NCBI GenBank assembly: GCA_964390435.1
Contig: CAYMKD010000002.1
Coordinates: forward strand, 1 to 28,063
Length of the DNA: 28,063 bases
Direction: 5' to 3'
From: an uncultured Pseudobdellovibrionaceae bacterium
GTDB lineage: Bacteria; Bdellovibrionota; Bdellovibrionia; Bdellovibrionales; Bdellovibrionaceae
The notes below the pieces were generated by a model. The model had not been told where the DNA came from and ran no database searches. It was given only the letters and a program-made list of their open reading frames with translations. The translations under genes and the position numbers were made by a program. This document shows, piece by piece, positions 1-8,348 of this stretch. Each line of letters starts with the position of its first letter. Position 1 is the stretch's first letter.

Positions 1-225
1 TTAGAAAAACGTTTAAAAGGTCGTGAATGGATTGCTTGCGAAGACTTCACTGTTGCAGACATTCTACTCACGTGTGTGTTGCGCGAAATTCGCAAAACGG
101 ATTTGCTTAAATCCTATCCACTTCTTAGCATATATTATGACCGTGCGTTGACGCGCCCGGCATGGAGTCGCACACTGAAATCATACGCAGAATTATTAGG
201 TAAAGATCTTGAGACAATTCAGTAA
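1..225 (+). CDS. Glutathione S-transferase family protein, C-terminal part (5' truncated by window edge)
   Basis: Frame +1 is open from base 1 to TAA at 223-225: LEKRLKGREWIACEDFTVADILLTCVL...YPLLSIYYDRALTRPAW. Matches the GST C-terminal helix pattern L....W...d.FT.ADI and the yP.L..y..r...RPaw tail. Not in the ORF track because it has no start codon. Confidence 0.85.
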   Translation, partial: LEKRLKGREWIACEDFTVADILLTCVLREIRKTDLLKSYPLLSIYYDRALTRPAWSRTLKSYAELLGKDLETIQ

Positions 226-299
226 ATAGGTTGAATCATCTTTAAATAATAAGGTAAATATTAATTCAAAATACGTGTACTACTTTATAAGGAGAAAAT

Positions 300-659
300 A
301 TGGCTCAGTATGTAGATGGATTTGTTATTCCGATTAAGCGCAAAAACTTGCAGGCCTATAAAAAATTAGCAACCTGGGGTTGCAAAGTATGGATGAAGCA
401 CGGAGCACTTAGCTACTATGAGTGTTATGTTGATGATTTTAGCAAATATGGCTTAGGCTTTAAAAAAATGTGTAAGCTTAAAAGTGGAGAAACCGCTATT
501 TTTGCTTACATTGTTTATAAATCTAAAGCTCATCGTAATGCAGTAAATAAAAAAGTCTTTAAAGATATGGAAAAAATGAAAGTACCAACAAAAATGCCAT
601 TCGATATGAAGCGCTTTGCAATGGCAGGCTGTAAAGTCATGGTAAATTCAAAAAAATAA
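300..659 (+). CDS. DUF1428 (YbaA-like) family protein, 119 aa
   Basis: YVDGFVIPI start, W.KHGAL.Y.EC..DD, H R..VN.K and MPFDMKR motifs typical of DUF1428. SD AAGGAG upstream. Confidence 0.9.
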   Translation: MAQYVDGFVIPIKRKNLQAYKKLATWGCKVWMKHGALSYYECYVDDFSKYGLGFKKMCKLKSGETAIFAYIVYKSKAHRNAVNKKVFKDMEKMKVPTKMPFDMKRFAMAGCKVMVNSKK

Positions 660-739
660 GTATATTAAAGTTAATATAATGAGTTTTTCATGAGTCTTGT
701 GCTCTGCAAATCATAGGAGACCATATACAGTAAAACTCG

Positions 740-2053
740 ATGAAAACATATTCGCTTTATTTATTACTTACTTTTGTATTTATAACATCCAACTCTTGGG
801 GGGCGAAGGATCAACTTTGTCCTGCGGATAGCTTGTTAATAATTAAGTCCATTGAAATCTCAGGCAATGCCAAAACGAGCACTAAAATCATTAAAAGAGA
901 ACTTGATTTTGACCAAGACGAAAAGGTTTGTGAAGGCCAGATCCAAGAAGGTATTGGAAGAATTAAAAGAACAGGCCTTTTCTCTACAGTTGATCATAGT
1001 ATTTTAAAATCACCCCAAGATGAGTCTGTTATACTCAAAATCACGGTTAGCGAAAAGTGGACTACAATTCCTATTTTAAAAGTTAATTCTGGAGGAGGAG
1101 TTTCGCAGTACACACTTGGAGTTTACGATCCAAATATTCTTGGTGAGTTTCTTGAGGCAGGAACTCAATATGAAAATCTCGGTGGTGCAAGCTCTGGAGT
1201 TATATGGTTTAAGAATCCAAGACTTTTTGGGCAACGTCAGGGTATTGACCTGCAATATTGGAATACCAAACGAATTCGCATCAAATATGATCAAGAAACA
1301 GATAATTCAGAGATCAAGCGTGGATTCTTGCATGAACGAGAGAAGCTTTATGCTGATTATTTTAAAGAGGTTTCAACAGATTTAACTGCAAGGATTTCTT
1401 TTGATTATAACAAAGATAGTTTTTCAACAGAAGTATTACCAGATTCTGTTTTAGAGAAAATAGGATCAAACCCAGATCTTCCACCTGCAACTAAATTTTT
1501 AATTTCTAAGATTGGCTTTGAACTTGGTCGAATCGAGGGAGATCCTCAGTCTCTTAATGGACAAGTTTTTGGTGCGTATTTGGGATACGCTCAATCGCTT
1601 GATGAAAATGCAGACTCCTTTGTTCAAGGAGATTTAACTTTTAATTTATTCAGACCCCTTTCATCACGGTGGCAATACGGGCAAAGACTCCTCGCAGGTG
1701 TAACAACTACGAAGGTGCTTCAATACTGGCACTACTTAGGTGGGCTTGATCGTATTCGAGGATTTGCAGATAATCGGTTTGCAGGAAGCCACTTTGGCCT
1801 AAGTAATTCAGAAATCAGATATCTATTGCTCGAAAAACCGTTTGTGTTGGTTCAAGGAGCGGGATTTTTGGATTTAGCTGCAGTTGGGGATGAGGCAACT
1901 GCTTTATCTGAGCTAAAAGCTGCAAGTGTTGGTGCAGGCGTAAGATTAATTTTGCCAAAGTTCTATAGATTTATTGTGCGTTTAGATTATGCAAAACCCA
2001 TTGTTAAAAATGATACTATGAATTGGAGTTTCGGCGTTCAACAGTTTTTTTAA
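740..2053 (+). CDS. Omp85/BamA-TamA superfamily outer-membrane protein with a single POTRA domain, 437 aa
   Basis: Signal peptide (MKTYSLYLLLTFVFITSNSWG), one POTRA (IKSIEISGNAKT..KII.REL...GLFSTV...LKITVSEK), loop-6 motif LGGLDRIRGF, amphipathic terminal strands ending in F. Confidence 0.85.
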   Translation: MKTYSLYLLLTFVFITSNSWGAKDQLCPADSLLIIKSIEISGNAKTSTKIIKRELDFDQDEKVCEGQIQEGIGRIKRTGLFSTVDHSILKSPQDESVILKITVSEKWTTIPILKVNSGGGVSQYTLGVYDPNILGEFLEAGTQYENLGGASSGVIWFKNPRLFGQRQGIDLQYWNTKRIRIKYDQETDNSEIKRGFLHEREKLYADYFKEVSTDLTARISFDYNKDSFSTEVLPDSVLEKIGSNPDLPPATKFLISKIGFELGRIEGDPQSLNGQVFGAYLGYAQSLDENADSFVQGDLTFNLFRPLSSRWQYGQRLLAGVTTTKVLQYWHYLGGLDRIRGFADNRFAGSHFGLSNSEIRYLLLEKPFVLVQGAGFLDLAAVGDEATALSELKAASVGAGVRLILPKFYRFIVRLDYAKPIVKNDTMNWSFGVQQFF

Positions 2054-2279
2054 TTCAAATTTTATTTACCTAGTATCTACAGATTAGTAGAGTCTAAAAT
2101 ACTGTTGGATTTTTGATAAAGTACTGAATAAGATAGGCCTACTGATGCTAGATCGTACATAAAAAATTCTGGCATTTTTTAGAAAAATTAATTGTTTGCT
2201 GAAAGTTATTTTTCTTTTTAAAAGAAAAGTTTTCATAACTGCCTGACTCTTCTTTGATCTTTAAAAAATTAATATTTAT

Positions 2280-2630
2280 CTAGTCCTGTTCTTCTACAAA
2301 AATCCTTAGATTGTTAAGTGCTTCGTCCCATTGATTTGCAATAACATTTAAATATTCTTGCATTGATTTCAACGGCTTCTCATCGAGCTCATATAGGCTT
2401 TCTCGTCCTTCTTTAATTTTTGAGACAAGTCCCACGTTCTCAAGTACACATAGGTGCTTGGTAACTGCTTGGCGTGTAATTTTTGTTCCTACTGTAAGCT
2501 CTGAAATTGAATGAGGTCTTCCATCATTAAGTTTAGAAACCAAGGACAATCGCACAGGATCGCCGAGAGCTGCAAAGGCATTGGCCTGCTGTTGAATTTT
2601 TAGAGCTGCAGAGTTATTTCTCTTCGACAA
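2280..2630 (-). CDS. ArsR/SmtB-family transcriptional regulator (non-metal-type), about 116 aa
   Basis: FAALGDPVRLSLV...SISEL...ITRQAVTKHL.VLE..GLV...KEGRESLYEL winged HTH. The ORF track begins at 2708 inside the upstream gene. A TTG at 2630 preceded by GAGAAG gives a typical length and a 17-nt overlap with the SRPBCC stop. Confidence 0.9.
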   Translation of the reverse strand: MSKRNNSAALKIQQQANAFAALGDPVRLSLVSKLNDGRPHSISELTVGTKITRQAVTKHLCVLENVGLVSKIKEGRESLYELDEKPLKSMQEYLNVIANQWDEALNNLRIFVEEQD

Positions 2631-3072
2631 GGAACTTCTCGATATTTTTAAGTTGAGCTTCCCATCCACCTGTATGCATTTTAAATGCTTCGGCACGACG
2701 GCTAGCACTGACTTTATTAAATCCAGATTCTTTTACTTTTAAAAGAGTTCCTGATTCGTGTTTTTCAAGAAAGAACTCAACAAGAGTTGGCTCCTCTTTG
2801 CTGTAATCAAAAGTTCTATCCATAGGAAAGGGGGTCCATGCGTAAGAGAAATATGTTTGTGGTTTGATTTCTTTAATATGAAATGACATATCCATTTCAA
2901 AGCCCTTGCTGGTATTCTTAGCCTTAGTAGTTTTTCCGGCCACAAACTCAGATTGAAACTCTGCCTTAAACCACTGCCCAAATAATTTAGAATCAGTCAA
3001 TGCGGCCCATACTTTACTTATAGAAGCCTTTATAACAATTTGCTTTTCTATTGAGTTATCTATTTTTTCCAC
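2614..3072 (-). CDS. SRPBCC/AHSA1-like (START-fold) ligand-binding protein, 152 aa
   Basis: IEKQIVIKASISKVWAALTDSKLFGQWF...FSYAW...TLVEFFLE...GTLLKVKESGF...GGWEAQLKNI. SD AGGAGG lies 0 nt from the track's TTG (3078) but 6 nt from GTG at 3072, so GTG is preferred. Confidence 0.92.
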   Translation of the reverse strand: MEKIDNSIEKQIVIKASISKVWAALTDSKLFGQWFKAEFQSEFVAGKTTKAKNTSKGFEMDMSFHIKEIKPQTYFSYAWTPFPMDRTFDYSKEEPTLVEFFLEKHESGTLLKVKESGFNKVSASRRAEAFKMHTGGWEAQLKNIEKFLVEEK

Positions 3073-3074
3073 AC

Positions 3075-3137
3075 GCAACCTCCTAGTTGCATATTATCTT
3101 AGTGTCTTTTAATATGCAACAAAATAGTTGCATATTA
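3075..3137 (-). promoter_or_regulatory. Predicted sigma70 promoter overlapped by two ArsR operator sites (GCAAC-N6-GTTGC)
   Basis: Perfect inverted repeat TAATATGCAAC-aaaata-GTTGCATATTA at 3110-3137 and a second GCAAC-ctccta-GTTGC at 3075-3090. On the minus strand TTGCAT (3119-3114), 17 nt, TAATAT (3096-3091). Operator role is inferred from the position ahead of the SRPBCC-ArsR pair. Confidence 0.7.
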
Positions 3138-3277
3138 ATTTGATCGTCTTAATATGGGGAGAGAACAACCTGATTTCAGGGGTTTAGGTCTTTTTCTTCT
3201 TTTAAGTTGCTACTAGTTAAATTTTTAGAGTTAATAATAAGGCTGCATCACTGTTTAACTAAGTTGGGAGAAAGTAT

Positions 3278-3625
3278 ATGAAACATACGGGTGGTTGTCA
3301 CTGTGGCAAAGTTAAATATGAAGTTGAAATGGAGATCGGCAAGCCGCTCTCTTGTAACTGTTCTATTTGTCAAAAAAAAGGAACGCTTCTTTCATTTGTG
3401 CCATCTAATCAATTTAAACTTCTTCAAGGTGAAAATTCTTTAACAGATTACCTGTTTAATAAACACATTATTCATCATCTTTTTTGTTCAACTTGTGGAG
3501 TTACCTCCTTTGCAAAAGGAGCCACTTCGGATGGTCAAGAAATGATAGCCATAAATGTCAGATGTCTTGATGGCGTTGATTTAGATAACATTGAAATTAC
3601 CAAATACGATGGACGATCGATTTAA
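3278..3625 (+). CDS. GFA/CENP-V family zinc protein, 115 aa
   Basis: GGCHCG, CNCSIC and FCSTCG zinc motifs; INVRCLD near the C-terminus; SD GGGAG. Confidence 0.93.
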   Translation: MKHTGGCHCGKVKYEVEMEIGKPLSCNCSICQKKGTLLSFVPSNQFKLLQGENSLTDYLFNKHIIHHLFCSTCGVTSFAKGATSDGQEMIAINVRCLDGVDLDNIEITKYDGRSI

Positions 3626-3769
3626 AATTTTTCTAGGTAAAAACCTACTTGCAATGGAAGTTGATAGCACAGTAGTCCGAATGGCTTTGGCTGGTAGCTA
3701 TGGTTTAACGATGAAGATCAGACTTTCGCTTGACGGAGTATCCCTTATCACGTCAGAGTTATAAATAAG

Positions 3770-4183
3770 ATGAGTAAATTAATAGAAGCCCTAGAGAACT
3801 GGGTGAGTGAAGGTTTGCCTCTTAAAGAGGGGCACAAAGTTCTTATTTTTTTTATTATTGTTTCGGCCGTTCTAATTTATTTTGGTGCTAAGGTATTAAA
3901 TGAGGTCAAGCCTACGGCTTGTTCTCCAGAGCCTTACCCAGCACGTTGTTATTATGTAAATCAAGATGCCTGCGAGATTATTTGGAGTAAGTCTGAGCTG
4001 ACATGCAAAGAGTATATTCAAAAATTACCTATGGCTCCAGGTCGCTTAAGTGGACCTCTTCTTTTTAACTGTCAACTTATGAACCTAGATAATGCTTTCG
4101 CAAGCAGTCGTAAGCTAAATCCAGAGTGCAATAAGATGTTCAGTGAACTAAAGGATTGGAAAAGACGCCACGATTTTCAGTAG
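3770..4183 (+). CDS. Hypothetical membrane-anchored protein with six cysteines, 137 aa
   Basis: One hydrophobic segment (VLIFFIIVSAVLIYFGA) followed by a domain with 6 Cys. No family recognised. No clear SD, so the start is uncertain. Confidence 0.7.
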   Translation: MSKLIEALENWVSEGLPLKEGHKVLIFFIIVSAVLIYFGAKVLNEVKPTACSPEPYPARCYYVNQDACEIIWSKSELTCKEYIQKLPMAPGRLSGPLLFNCQLMNLDNAFASSRKLNPECNKMFSELKDWKRRHDFQ

Positions 4184-4383
4184 CTACTGGGCTTCTATTT
4201 CGCGGCAGAGATTTTTAATAAGCCTGTCAATTACCTAAATCATTAAATTATATAGAATTAATATTTTGCGTACTAAAAATGGGTGCTTCTCCTTTGTACA
4301 AGGGGCGCCATTACACAGATATCGCTTGCTTTTTACGGCTTTCAGAATCAAATTTAGTGTCTTTTGATGCGGGGGAAAGCACC

Positions 4384-5832
4384 ATGAAATGTGACAATTT
4401 TATTGAAGGACGATGGCAGGCTGGCCAATCCGGAACACATGATATTCACTCTCCTCATAATGGAAAAAAGTTAGGTTCCTACAGTGTTCCCTCTGTGTCA
4501 CAAATAGATCAAGCCATCAAAGCCGCCGCTGTTGCTCAAAAAGAATGGGCGCTTTTGACAATGAAGGATCGTGGTAAAGTATTATTTAATTTTCGTAATA
4601 TTCTTTTACGTGAGCAAGATGCAATTGCTCGTTTAAAAAGTTCTGAATGTGGCAAAACCTTTGATGAAGCCAAAGCAGGTCTCATGAAGGGGATTGAAGT
4701 TTTAGAGTTTGCACTTTCAATTCAAAATTTAGATTTAGGCGGACGTGTTGAGGTTTCTCGCGGCGTAAGTTGTGAGTATCGCAGAGAGCCCTTAGGTGTT
4801 GTGGCTAATATAACTCCATTTAATTTTCCCGCAATGGTGCCCATGTGGACTATTCCCATTGCACTTGCTTTAGGCAATGCTTATGTGTGGAAGCCTTCTG
4901 ATAAAACACCACTCACTGCTTATAAAATTGCTGAAGCACTTTCTGAAGCGGGCTTACCAGCTGGAGTATTTACCGTTCTTCATGGCAACTCAGATACAGT
5001 GAATGCCATTATTGATCATCCTTTAGTTAAAGCCATTGGCTTTGTGGGCTCAACAAAAGTTGCAAAATTAGTATATCAAAGAGGAACTTCGCTAGGTAAA
5101 CGAGTGCTTGCACTTGGTGGAGCTAAAAATCACATTGTTCTTTTACCGGATGCAAACCCTGAACTCAGTGGCGTTGGGATTTCAGATTCATTCACAGGTT
5201 GTGCAGGGCAAAGATGTATGGCCGCTTCTGTTTTATTAGCTGTGGGCGATGTAAATCATCATATCGAAAAAATCGTGCAAAGAGCCTCTTCGCTTAAGCT
5301 CGGTGAACAAATGGGAGCAATGATTACTACAGAGCAAATTGAATTTTTAAATCAAGCAATTGCGCGAGCTGAAAAAGCAGGAGCTAAAATTCTCTTAGAT
5401 GGTCGCAAAGTAAAAGCCCCGCAAGGGATGGAAGAAGGTCACTGGCTTGGGCCAACTATTTTGGATCATGTTAAGTCTGGTTCAGAAGCAGCAACTATAG
5501 AACTCTTTGGTCCGATTTTAAGTGTAGTTCGTTGCAAAGACCTTTCTGAAGCCATGCAAATAGAAAATAGTGTTGAGTATGGTAATGCTTGCAGTGTGTT
5601 TACTTCAAGTGGTCCACTTGCTGATCGTGTGGTTCGTGAAGCTTCAACGGGAATGGTTGGAGTTAATGTCGGAGTGCCAGTGCCACGTGAGCCATTTTCT
5701 TTTGGCGGAATTAATGCCTCTAAGTTTGGTCACGGAGATATTACGGGTCACCATAGTCTTGATTTTTGGTCTGATATTAAAAAAGTAACAACGAAATGGG
5801 AAAAGCAAGACGACTCAAATTGGATGTCTTAA
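4384..5832 (+). CDS. mmsA: CoA-acylating (methyl)malonate-semialdehyde dehydrogenase (MMSDH, ALDH6 family), 482 aa
   Basis: ITPFNFPAMVPMW, KPS, FVGST, ALGGAKNH, catalytic-Cys motif GCAGQRCMA, ELFGP, FSFGG...SKFG. Start refined from 4279 to ATG 4384 (GGGGGA SD at 4371-4376). Confidence 0.93.
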   Translation: MKCDNFIEGRWQAGQSGTHDIHSPHNGKKLGSYSVPSVSQIDQAIKAAAVAQKEWALLTMKDRGKVLFNFRNILLREQDAIARLKSSECGKTFDEAKAGLMKGIEVLEFALSIQNLDLGGRVEVSRGVSCEYRREPLGVVANITPFNFPAMVPMWTIPIALALGNAYVWKPSDKTPLTAYKIAEALSEAGLPAGVFTVLHGNSDTVNAIIDHPLVKAIGFVGSTKVAKLVYQRGTSLGKRVLALGGAKNHIVLLPDANPELSGVGISDSFTGCAGQRCMAASVLLAVGDVNHHIEKIVQRASSLKLGEQMGAMITTEQIEFLNQAIARAEKAGAKILLDGRKVKAPQGMEEGHWLGPTILDHVKSGSEAATIELFGPILSVVRCKDLSEAMQIENSVEYGNACSVFTSSGPLADRVVREASTGMVGVNVGVPVPREPFSFGGINASKFGHGDITGHHSLDFWSDIKKVTTKWEKQDDSNWMS

Positions 5833-5857
5833 TTTAAAAAATCTTATAGAGGGATTT

Positions 5858-7120
5858 ATGATAAAAGCAAAAAAAAGTTCTAATCATATTATTTTGGCTT
5901 CACATGCTAATTTAAAATACAAAGAAACTCTGCCAATTAAATGGGGAGCTCGTACAGCCATGGAGCGCGGTCCTGTAGTGGCTTCAGTTACAGATTCAAA
6001 ATCTCGCAATGCTATTGGCGCTCACAGTGGAAGCTACACTGTTTACCGTGCGCTTTCTATTGCCAGTGGGAAGTTTCCAACACTTCATCGCCCAGATTTG
6101 CATAATACAGAAAGTCCTGTAGCTATTGGGCCTTATGAAAGCTGGTTTAATCCCACAAAAATAGTTTCTATTGATCCTTGGGGTTTAGACCCACAAGTTC
6201 ATTTTAAACCCTTGTTTGATAAGGGTTATGATATTCGCCCTTCGATTGCAGTCACTCAAGCTCACTTGCAAATTCCTGAAATTGACAATGCTATTTCTTT
6301 AGGGCGACTTAAAATTGATGGAAAGATTATTAAAGAAAATAAAGATGTTCGCGTAACTAAAGTTGCTTTTGAGCCTGTTTGGTACTTACCAGGAATAGCT
6401 GAAAGATTAAATATTGCTGAAGGGGATTTACGCCGTATTCTCTTTCAAGAAACAGGTGGGATGTATCCTGAATTTATCACGCGTCCTGATTTAAAAGCAT
6501 GGTTGCCACCCATTGGCAGTACCACAGCATATATTTTTGGTAACCCCAAAGATCTTGCAACTTCTAAGGTTGAACTCACTTGTCGTGTGCATGATGAGTG
6601 TAATGGCTCAGACGTTTTTGGTTCTGATATTTGCACCTGTCGACCTTATTTAATGTATGGAATTGAAGATGCAGCTCGCACAGCACAAAGAGGTGGCGTG
6701 GGTATTATTGTTTATTACCGTAAAGAAGGTCGTGCTCTTGGTGAAGTTACAAAATTCTTGGTTTATAATGCCAGAAAGCGCCAAGAAGGTGGCGATACAG
6801 CAGCAACTTACTTTCATCGCACAGAGTGTGTTGCCGGGACCGAGGATGCCAGATTTCAAGAGTTTATGCCAGATTGTCTGCATTTCTTTGGAATTAAAAA
6901 AATTCATAATCTTCATTCAATGAGTAATATGAAGTATGACGCAATTGTAGGCAGTGGTATCGAAGTTGTGAATCGTATTTCTATCCCAGATGATTTAATT
7001 CCTCATGATGCCAAAGTAGAAATGGAAGCTAAAAAAGCTGCAGGATACTTTAGCAAAGAACCACAAAAATCAAAAGATGATTTAAAGAAAGTAAAAGGAC
7101 GGGCCATTGTCGATGAGTAA
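5858..7120 (+). CDS. urc1: GTP cyclohydrolase II-like protein with N-terminal extension (Urc1-type; probably not riboflavin RibA), 420 aa
   Basis: RVHDECNGSDVFGSDICTCRPYL (three Zn cysteines), KEGRALG and EDAR (catalytic Arg position). About 240-aa N-terminal region (IGAHSGSY, KIVSIDPWG, IRPSIAVT, GGMYPE) of the GTP_CH_N type seen in fungal URC1. No rib genes nearby. Confidence 0.88.
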   Translation: MIKAKKSSNHIILASHANLKYKETLPIKWGARTAMERGPVVASVTDSKSRNAIGAHSGSYTVYRALSIASGKFPTLHRPDLHNTESPVAIGPYESWFNPTKIVSIDPWGLDPQVHFKPLFDKGYDIRPSIAVTQAHLQIPEIDNAISLGRLKIDGKIIKENKDVRVTKVAFEPVWYLPGIAERLNIAEGDLRRILFQETGGMYPEFITRPDLKAWLPPIGSTTAYIFGNPKDLATSKVELTCRVHDECNGSDVFGSDICTCRPYLMYGIEDAARTAQRGGVGIIVYYRKEGRALGEVTKFLVYNARKRQEGGDTAATYFHRTECVAGTEDARFQEFMPDCLHFFGIKKIHNLHSMSNMKYDAIVGSGIEVVNRISIPDDLIPHDAKVEMEAKKAAGYFSKEPQKSKDDLKKVKGRAIVDE

Positions 7121-8339
7121 GCTTAATCTTTCAACGGCTGAGATCGATTACCTGCTTTCACCTAAAGCTATTAGAGATAAAGCTGAGCAAATATTTAATC
7201 TGACAACAAAAGGTCAAACAGCTTTTTGTTATCACCCAGAAAAGCTTAAACCCACAGTGGATTATGTGCTTGATGTGATACAAAAAAAATATCCAGATTT
7301 AAATATCCCCTTTCATTCTCGTTGGGGTCATTTTCAAGTGGGCAATATTGACCGTGTGAATAAACTCAATCAAATGCTCGCAAAATTTGATCCTTTAGAG
7401 CGCGCACGAATCAAATTAGATCTCGTGATCACTTCTGTTTTATTAGATGCTGGTGCAGGGGCTCGCTGGAGTTTTTTTGAAGAGTCTGAGGCTAAATCAT
7501 TTTCGCGCTCTGAGGGCTTAGGAGTCGCAAGTTATTATATGTTTTTGTCAGGTATTATGAGCAATGATCACAAATCTTCGTGTGCCGAGAGTGAAGCTCT
7601 AAAGAAAATCACCACAAAGGATTTAGAAAAATATTTTCAAGTGAGTGAAAAAAATCCTTTAGTGGGCGTTGAAGGCCGCGTGAAGTTACTCAATAATTTA
7701 GGCACAGCCGTGGAGAACAAAAAAATATTTCCCCTTGGACGTCCGGGGAGCATAATTGATTCACTTAAAGAGCGCTTTGGAAACACTATCCCTGCTCCGC
7801 AAATTTTACGCATGGTTTTAGATGGTTTAGGTTCTATTTGGCCAGGTCGTCTTGAGGCCCAAGGAGTGAATCTTGGTGATGTGTGGAAGTATTCAAAGTT
7901 ACAATCCTCTCAAGAGCTAGATTCTTTGGTTCCTTTGCATAAGCTATCACAATGGATGACGTACTCACTAATTGAGCCCATTGTTGAGGCTGGGTTTAAG
8001 GTGACGGGAGTTGAAGATCTTACCGGCCTTGCGGAGTATCGAAATGGTGGCCTCTTAATTGATTCTGGTCTATTAAGTTTACGCAATCCAGAGGATTTAA
8101 CTAAGAGTTGGGAGCCTAGCTCAGATTTAATTATTGAGTGGCGAGCTTTAACAGTGTATTTGCTCGATCAAATTGGGGCTCAAGTGCAAGCGGCTATTAA
8201 AAAAACTCCTGAAGAGTTCCCTCTTGCAAAAGTGTTAGAGGGTGGAACTTGGTGGGCTGGGCGATTTATTGCAAAAGAAAAGCGTCCTGCAGATGGTGAG
8301 CCGCCGCTACAAATTAAAAGTGATGGAACAGTTTTTTAA
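7113..8339 (+). CDS. urc4: URC4/Urg3 family protein (DUF1688), about 408 aa
   Basis: IPFHSRWGHF, SVLLDAGAG..W, RSEGLGVAS, HKLSQWMTYSLIEP, LTGLAEYRNGGLLID, EWRALTV, KVLEGGTW and terminal SDGTVF. Start is ATG 7113 or TTG 7107; it overlaps the upstream stop. Confidence 0.9.
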   Translation: MSKLNLSTAEIDYLLSPKAIRDKAEQIFNLTTKGQTAFCYHPEKLKPTVDYVLDVIQKKYPDLNIPFHSRWGHFQVGNIDRVNKLNQMLAKFDPLERARIKLDLVITSVLLDAGAGARWSFFEESEAKSFSRSEGLGVASYYMFLSGIMSNDHKSSCAESEALKKITTKDLEKYFQVSEKNPLVGVEGRVKLLNNLGTAVENKKIFPLGRPGSIIDSLKERFGNTIPAPQILRMVLDGLGSIWPGRLEAQGVNLGDVWKYSKLQSSQELDSLVPLHKLSQWMTYSLIEPIVEAGFKVTGVEDLTGLAEYRNGGLLIDSGLLSLRNPEDLTKSWEPSSDLIIEWRALTVYLLDQIGAQVQAAIKKTPEEFPLAKVLEGGTWWAGRFIAKEKRPADGEPPLQIKSDGTVF

Positions 8340-8348
8340 GAGGTGAAA

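Noticed and set aside
300-659. Very basic DUF1428 protein (23 Lys, 3 Arg, 8 Asp/Glu by hand count) as a possible nucleic-acid binder
   Set aside because: Lys enrichment is expected in an AT-rich genome and other proteins here show it too; there is no independent support.
2631-2708. Apparent 95-nt dual-coding overlap or frameshift between SRPBCC and ArsR
   Set aside because: An in-frame TTG at 2630 with a purine-rich SD gives a normal-length ArsR; the extension has no recognisable domain.
3654-3764. 36-aa ORF (MEVDSTVVRM...) or RNA motif between GFA and the six-Cys gene
   Set aside because: No SD, no recognisable motif, and no convincing structure or riboswitch consensus.
4279-4383. 35-aa N-terminal extension of MMSDH in the ORF track
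   Set aside because: No SD at 4279, no ALDH similarity in the extension, and a good SD precedes ATG 4384.
5858-7120. Riboflavin biosynthesis (ribA) interpretation
   Set aside because: No other rib genes or FMN riboswitch nearby; the long N-terminal domain and the DUF1688/upp/udk neighbours point to the Urc1 subfamily.
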